Source: Octopus vulgaris (taxonomy: Eukaryota). Taken from it: a stretch of 64,000 bases of DNA. Below, in pieces: positions 57,681-64,000 of this stretch. The notes under the pieces are model-generated. The model was not told the origin of the DNA. It saw only the letters and a program-made list of their open reading frames with translations, and ran no database searches. How positions within the stretch are numbered: position 1 is the stretch's first letter; every line of letters begins with the position of its first letter. A program made the position numbers and the translations under genes. The stretch is from NCBI GenBank assembly GCA_951406725.2, contig OX597820.1, positions 3,162,001 to 3,226,000 on the forward strand, given 5' to 3'.

Positions 57681-59114
57681 TAAAGACAGTGATAGACTCA
57701 TGCATAAATAAATATACATACCTATGGTGGAATGTCTCAGTGAAAACTTCAATAAAATGTAAACATAATAGACCTGACATTGTGATTTGGGATTGAGAAG
57801 AGAAACTGTACAGTTGTGGTAAACAGCTGACCAGTGGATGTTAACAGAAAGCTGAAGATCAGTGAAAAAGAGAACACCTATGTTGAATTATTGAGAAATC
57901 TGCTGTTACTCTACCTGGATTAAAAGTTCAGGTTTATACCTGTAGTTATCGGGGCCCTGGAATCTGTAACACTCTGCCTAAATACCAATCTTGAGAAATT
58001 AGGCTTCACAAAACCAGAAAGGAGAAAGCTAATTGGAAGACAACAGATCTGATCCATCACTGGAACTGTAAAAATCTGTAAAACTTTACAGAAGTTTAGC
58101 ATTTAAATAAACATGAGCATGTCTAGATATGTAATTATATGCACGAGAATACATGCATAAAGCATACAAATCTGCACATGCAATGACTGCATGCATACAT
58201 ACGGAAATATTCTGTTGATATTGTTGAAATTCCAATGAAGGAGCCTTGGATCCAGGTTAGAAATTGGCTCTTTTGCTATTAACGAGAAATCTTGAAATAA
58301 AACGGTATAATGGTGCATATGCGTGCACACAAAGATGCAGATATATGCATGCATAAATAAACATCCGTATATGCAGTTGTCCAACATGTTTTCATTTGTC
58401 AGGATAAAAACAAGTTTTGGTACAGGGACAAGAGAGGGGGGTAAATTTAGTCTCCCTGCAGCCAATTCCTGTTACCAAACAGTTTCATATTGGCAAATGA
58501 ACAATCATCAGATATGACTGAATGGAAGAGCACAGCTTGGGCTCTTTATTGCTAGAAGCTGAAAGCCTCTTCTTCTCAGATATTTTATAAAAAATCACAA
58601 TGAAACGCGTTGATGAAAAATTATGGCTTTCTCTTAAGGCTATCAGAGTTATGTCCCTTTGAGCGGTCTTTTTTTTGTCCCCCCCCCCCCCCAGCAGTGT
58701 CTTCTACATTCAAGTTCGAATCGTCCCCTCCAGTTTTTCTCATATGTCTTTGTAGGGTGTCTGTGTACTTTTAAGGAGCAGTTAAAGTGTATAGCACCAT
58801 TTTTTCTTTATTACTGCCCTTCTTTACTTGCCCTAGGACTGTTTTCCTCTTTCCCTTTTTTTTACCGTTTTTTTCTGCCGAATTACAGAGCAGCAGATCA
58901 CTGAATCCGGCAAAGTCGTCACCATCGTCTTTACATTCCAAGTAAATCCTGCTGGGGTCAGACTTGTCCTTCATCCTTTTGGGGTCAATGAAGAAAGTAC
59001 CACATGAGCACGAGGCTTGATCTCATCAAATAACTCCTTCCTACCAAATTTCAGGCCCTGTGCCAATAGTAGAAATCATTGTTGTTGTTGTTGTTGTTGC
59101 TATTATTATTATCA

Positions 59115-59728
59115 TTGCCTTTGCACAGCTTCTAACGCTGGAGATGTGCTACAGTGTCAGCTGTTCACTACCAGTGAACTAAGGTAACACCTCTTGTTTT
59201 TCAAGCACCTTCAGGAGTATTTGAGCGGCTCCAAGCAGTGCTGTTCTCTACAAGTGCTCCACCCTTATTGCAGGCCCTATTTGTTCCACGTACTTCTCGA
59301 GATTTTTGCTCACTGATCCCAGGGCTCCGACAATTATTGCTATTACTATTACCTTTTCCATCGACCACAACTGCTTTACCCCCCAAGCTAACCTGTCATA
59401 TCATTCGACTTTTCTTTCTTCCTTATTGCATCCCTTGTTATCCAGTTTGTTTTCTTTCTCAATTAAGACTATGTCCGGCTTCCTATTCTCTATCTCATGG
59501 TCACACTGAATCATAAAATCCCATAGGATTTTTGCATTTTTATTTTCAATAATGCCTTTGGATTTGTGGTCGTACCAATTTTTTGCTCTGTGAAGTCCAT
59601 ACTTGTTGCTAAGTGTCCAATAGACAAGCTTGGCTATATTGTTGTGGCTTCTCTTATATTCCTTCTGGGCTAGTGGCATACATTGGCTGGTAATATGCCA
59701 TATGGTTTCACCGTTTTGTTCACAGATT
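59115..59728 (-). mobile_element. R4/Dong-like (restriction-like endonuclease) non-LTR retrotransposon 3' remnant
   Basis: ICEQNGETIWHITSQC (CCHC knuckle remnant), KEYKRSHNNIAK, ILWDFMIQCDHEIENRKPDIVL (PD-D/ExK); the 3' end abuts (TAA)/(CAA) repeats. Confidence 0.85.
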
Positions 59729-59768
59729 GTCGTCATCATTGTCATCGTCATCGTCGTCATCGTCATTG

Positions 59769-59805
<37 letters not shown>

Positions 59806-60024
59806 AGACACCAGCACGACAGGCCCTCATGCCAGTGGCATGTAAAAAGCACCCACTACACTCTCGGAATGGTTGGCATTATGAAGGGCATCCATCTGTA
59901 GAAACTTTGCCTGATTGGATTGGAGCTTGGTGCAACTTTCTGGCTTGCCAGTCCTCAATCAAACTGTCCAACCCATGCCAGTATGCAAAGCGGACATTAG
60001 ACGATGACGATGATGTTGATGATG

Positions 60025-60785
60025 TTGCACCGTATACAATATCATGAGGTTGGCTTTGTACTGTTTATCAAGTCGCAACAAGGACCTCAGACAGACAGTA
60101 CTTTATGCAATATGCGTGCAGTTCCAAGTAATGTCACCTTTTGCAAGACATCTAGATTGTAGGGTATTTCTAAGGTTTCCAGATATTTCTTCAAGTTGGT
60201 TGGTATTGAACCCAAAGCCCCGATGACAATAGGGAGCATTATGTTCGACTCTCGTAACTCTCACATCTTGGCCATCTCAATTCCCAATTTATCAACTTTT
60301 TCTCTTTTATGATGATGTCTTCATCTCCTGGCACTGCCCTGTCGACTATTAGGCACTTTTGTTTGTCCCTCCTAAGGGTTACTATATCCAGCTTTCGGGG
60401 CTCTAACACCTTGTGTATCTGGGAGTCAAAGTCCCAGAGGATTTTTGCCTTCCCCTTTTCATCCATTACCTTTTCTGGTGTATGTCGGTACCAAGCACGC
60501 GTAACCTTATATCCATACTGCCAGCATGGTAGTCAATAGAGGTTTTGGGCTACCTTGTCGTGTCTACGCTTGTTCTCTTTCTGCACAAGACCTTCACAAG
60601 CACTAACAATGTGAGTCACACTTTCAATCCTCTTCCCACATATTCTAAAGAGGTCCGTTCCACTTGTGTGGTATACATTCCTTTTCACTGAATTGGTATT
60701 CAATGCCTGGTCCTGGGCAGCGATGATTAGGCCTTCAGTATTCTTTTTCAGGTCAACCTTATCAAGCCACCTCCATAATGCTTCA
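60025..60785 (-). mobile_element. Second, diverged R4/Dong-like remnant
   Basis: TEGLIIAAQDQALNT...RICGKRIESVTHIVSAC...RRHDKVAQ...KILWDF...RKLDIV. Confidence 0.85.
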
Positions 60786-61953
60786 ATTGTGAGCACACCG
60801 GGAGAAATGCTCAATGGTATTTCATCTTACACTATGTTCTGAGTTCAAATTCAGCTGAGGTCGACTTTGCCTTTCATCCTTTTGGGGTTGATAAATTAAG
60901 TACCAGTGAAGCGCTTGGTTCAATGTAATTGACTCCAAATTCCAGGCCTTGAAAGGATTATTGTTATTATTATTAAATAGGTGCAAGGTGGTGAGCTGGT
61001 GGGAATGTTAGCACTTCGGGCAAGACGCTTAGTGATATTGCGTTTGTCTTTATGTTCTGAGTTCAAATTCCACTAAGTTTGACCTTGCCTTTCATCCTTT
61101 CGAGGTCGATAAATTAAGTACCAGTTGCATAGTGGGGGTGATCTAATCGGCTGGCCCCCTCTCCCAAAATTTCGGGCCTTGTGCCTAGAGTAGAAAAGCA
61201 TATTTTCCACTAAGGTTGACTTTACCTTTCATCCTTTCTGGGTTGATACTGGGGTCAATCTAATCGACTGGACCCCTCCCCCAAAATTTCAGGCCTTGTA
61301 CTTAGAGGAGAGAAGATTATTAAATAGGTGCAGGTGAAACTGTGTGTCCAGAAGCTTGCTTGCCAACTGCATGGCTCTGGGTTGAGTCTTGTCCTGTGGC
61401 ATTTGGGGTGAGTGTTTGCTACCAAAGCTCTGAACTGACCGAAGCTGTGTGAGTGGATTTGCCAGACAGAAACTGAAAGAAGCCTGTCGTGTGTGTGTGT
61501 GTGTGTGTGAATTTATACATATGTATGTGTGTTTGTGTTTGTCCCCATCACCACCACCACCACCACCACTTGACAACCGGTATCGGTTTGTTTACATCCC
61601 CGTAACATTAGCAGTTCAGCAAAAGATGTCGACAGAATAAGTCCTGGGGGTGATTTGTTTGATTAACTCCCTTCGAGTCGGTGCCCCAGCATGGCCACAG
61701 TCTAACGACTGAAACAAGTAAATCGTAAAAGATAAAAGACAACTTCACAGATACATTAACGGAGATTGATGAGAAGCAATTGTCTTCCGGTGATGGTGAT
61801 TGCTATAAAATGGATTCAGTCTCCATTCTCTAATGTTCCTTTCTCATGCTGACGTCCGTTAAATAGAAATAAATCTCTGGTTCGTTCTTTGTTCTAAACT
61901 TGTGCTGGATTCGCAGCTGACGAAGGTTTAATTACTTGGCTGTGAGAAAGACT

Positions 61954-62020
61954 GATTGATGAAAACGACTGATGAAAACGATTGATGAAAACGATTGATG
62001 AAAACGATTGATGAAACGAT
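61954..62020. repeat. 13-bp tandem repeat (gattgatgaaaac) x about 5
   Basis: Directly visible. Confidence 0.85.
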
Positions 62021-62088
62021 AAGATTTTGTCCCTCCAGGGTTTAATGCCACAACACTTGGATGCAGTTTACTGCCTCGGCCAGAGCAA

Positions 62089-62455
62089 TTGTCATCATCA
62101 TTGTCATCATTTTCACTGTTAGCACCCCCCCCCACAACCATCATCATTATCGTCGTCACCATCGCTACCACTAACACCACCATCACCACCACCACCAACA
62201 GCAGCAGCAGCACCACCACCACCACCACCACCATCATCACCGTCATCACCATTTTCATAATCATTGTCATTATCATCGCTACCACCACCACCACCACCAC
62301 CATCGTCATCATCATTATAACCATCACTGTCATCAGCATCAACATTGTCAATGTCGTCATCATAAGCAACACCATCGTCAGTATTATTGTTGTTGTCATT
62401 ATCATCACACCACCACCTCCACCACCACCGCCACCATCACCACCATCATCGTCAT
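62089..62455. repeat. Compound (CAT)/(CAC) trinucleotide microsatellite
   Basis: Directly visible; explains ORFs 61932..62510 and 62089..62529. Confidence 0.9.
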
Positions 62456-62878
62456 TTCCCACCTGCTTTCCTCGCTGGCATCGGTTGCAAAGTCCATCCT
62501 CATCCGCCATTTCACAGTTCTGTGTCTGACTCTAGCTTTCCATGTCTGACTTAACTTCTGTCCCATCGTTATTTCTGGTTATTAGATCTTGTGAACCCTC
62601 GTTTCGGGCTGGTTTATGGATGCAGGCATGGCCGTTGGGTTACAAGGTTTGCTCCCAAATAAGGTGATTTGGGGTTTGGTGCCCATTCTGTAGCACCTTG
62701 GATGTGAATCTTCTGCCGCTGCCCTGGGGCAAGCAAAAGCCTTGTGAGTGGATTTGGAGAACAGAAATTAAAAGTGGCCTGTTGTGTGTGTGTGTGCGTG
62801 CGTGCGTGCGTGTGTGTGCGTGCATGCGTGCGTGTGTGTGTGTGTGTGTGTGTGTCAGAGTGTGTGTATATGAGTGTA

Positions 62879-63378
62879 CCGTAAATCCTCAAGTATAATC
62901 TGCATTTTTTCCCAAAAATTTAAAGGTCAAAATCCCTAGTGCATATTATACACGAAGTTAAAAATGGAAATTATTTTCTAAGCAATGTCCGAGTCTCTAT
63001 TTGCTGTCCGGCAATGTTTATTCCGATGTATTTTGTGATGTCGGGCATGAAAATACCTGAAAGCAATGAAGTCATAAAAGAATCATCCATAACTTGCAGT
63101 AAACAACATTTATTAAACATTATTACTGTTATTTCTATATTTTCTGCAAACAAAATGCACAAAAAAGCTACACGTTTGCATTATGTTATATGTACAATAA
63201 TAATAAAGGACGTTACCGTATAGAGTTTTACAAACCATGGACATTATATAGACCTCCTTGACTCAAGTTGGAGAAGGGATGCGTATTATACACAGGGTTT
63301 AGGTTTTTCAGAGGTACAGCCCCCTAAAAATCCCCTGCATATAATACTCAAGGGCAGACTATACTCGAGGATTTATGG
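62879..63378. mobile_element. pogo/Tc2-like MITE
   Basis: TA-ccgtaaatcctcaagtata ... tatactcgaggatttatgg-TA; subterminal tgcRtattatacac repeats at about 62940, 63280 and 63336. Confidence 0.8.
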
Positions 63379-64000
63379 TATATGTTTGTGTGTGTTTGCA
63401 TGTATGTGTGTGAAAGGTGTGTGTGCATGTGCATGAGTGTGTACATGTGCGTGAGTGTGTGTGTGTATCTGTGTGTGTATGTGTGAGTGTGTGTGTGAGT
63501 GTATCTTTCTATCTCTTATTCATCTCAGTCATTGGACAGCAGCCTTGATTTGTTTAATAAAACGAAATTACTCCAGTACTTATTTGTTAATCATTTTTGA
63601 TGTCTGGTACTATTCTATCAGTCTCTTTTGCCAAACTGCTCAGTTACAGGGACATAAACAAACCTACACTGGTTGTCAAGCAGTGGGATGGGGGGACAAA
63701 CACAAACAGGCACATATACAAACACAGATACATATATATGTGCACACACACATTGGTATATGTATATATATATATATATATATATACAAATTGAGATAGG
63801 GGTTGTAAATGCAACCCTCCATGGGATAACATATATCCAATATACTGCTAGTGAAGTACCCAACAAAGTTAATACATAAATGTTAAGGATTGCGATGCAA
63901 TCAATTCACTTACTGTATTACATGGGCAAAGGTAAAATGACTTACCACAAATTACTAATACAAGATAAGAAAATGGAGAAATACATCTAAATCAAATATC

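Noticed and set aside
58231-58275. Hammerhead-like CCAATGA...GAAATTGG
   Set aside because: Too many core mismatches and no clear stem I.

Overview
AT-rich, repeat-dense eukaryotic genomic DNA. The SINE/LINE families and microsatellite load suggest a coleoid cephalopod, probably Octopus (inference). The only host gene I can support is a complete 11-exon zinc transporter 7 (SLC30A7/ZnT7, CDF family) on the + strand, with CDS 20204..52246 (1107 nt spliced, 368 aa). The rest is mostly mobile DNA: a near-full-length RTE-type LINE in intron 2, many 5'-truncated RTE 3' ends, CR1 and R4/Dong-like LINE remnants, three tRNA-SINE families, TA-, TTAA- and 8-bp-TSD MITEs, and Penelope-like fragments. Two observations stand out. 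(1) The ZnT7 intron 7/exon 8 boundary is tandemly amplified into six in-frame 42-bp units. Each unit carries a pyrimidine tract, a CAG acceptor and an immediately following GTGTGT donor-like site, just before the TM5 zinc-ligand motif. (2) A recurrent non-autonomous element joins a tRNA-like Pol III head, an (AAT)n spacer and a minimal hammerhead ribozyme, and every insertion here has an inverted partial duplicate. At least three other hammerhead-bearing Penelope-like families also occur. Coordinates were read by eye: exon and ribozyme boundaries were checked base by base, and repeat boundaries are approximate.
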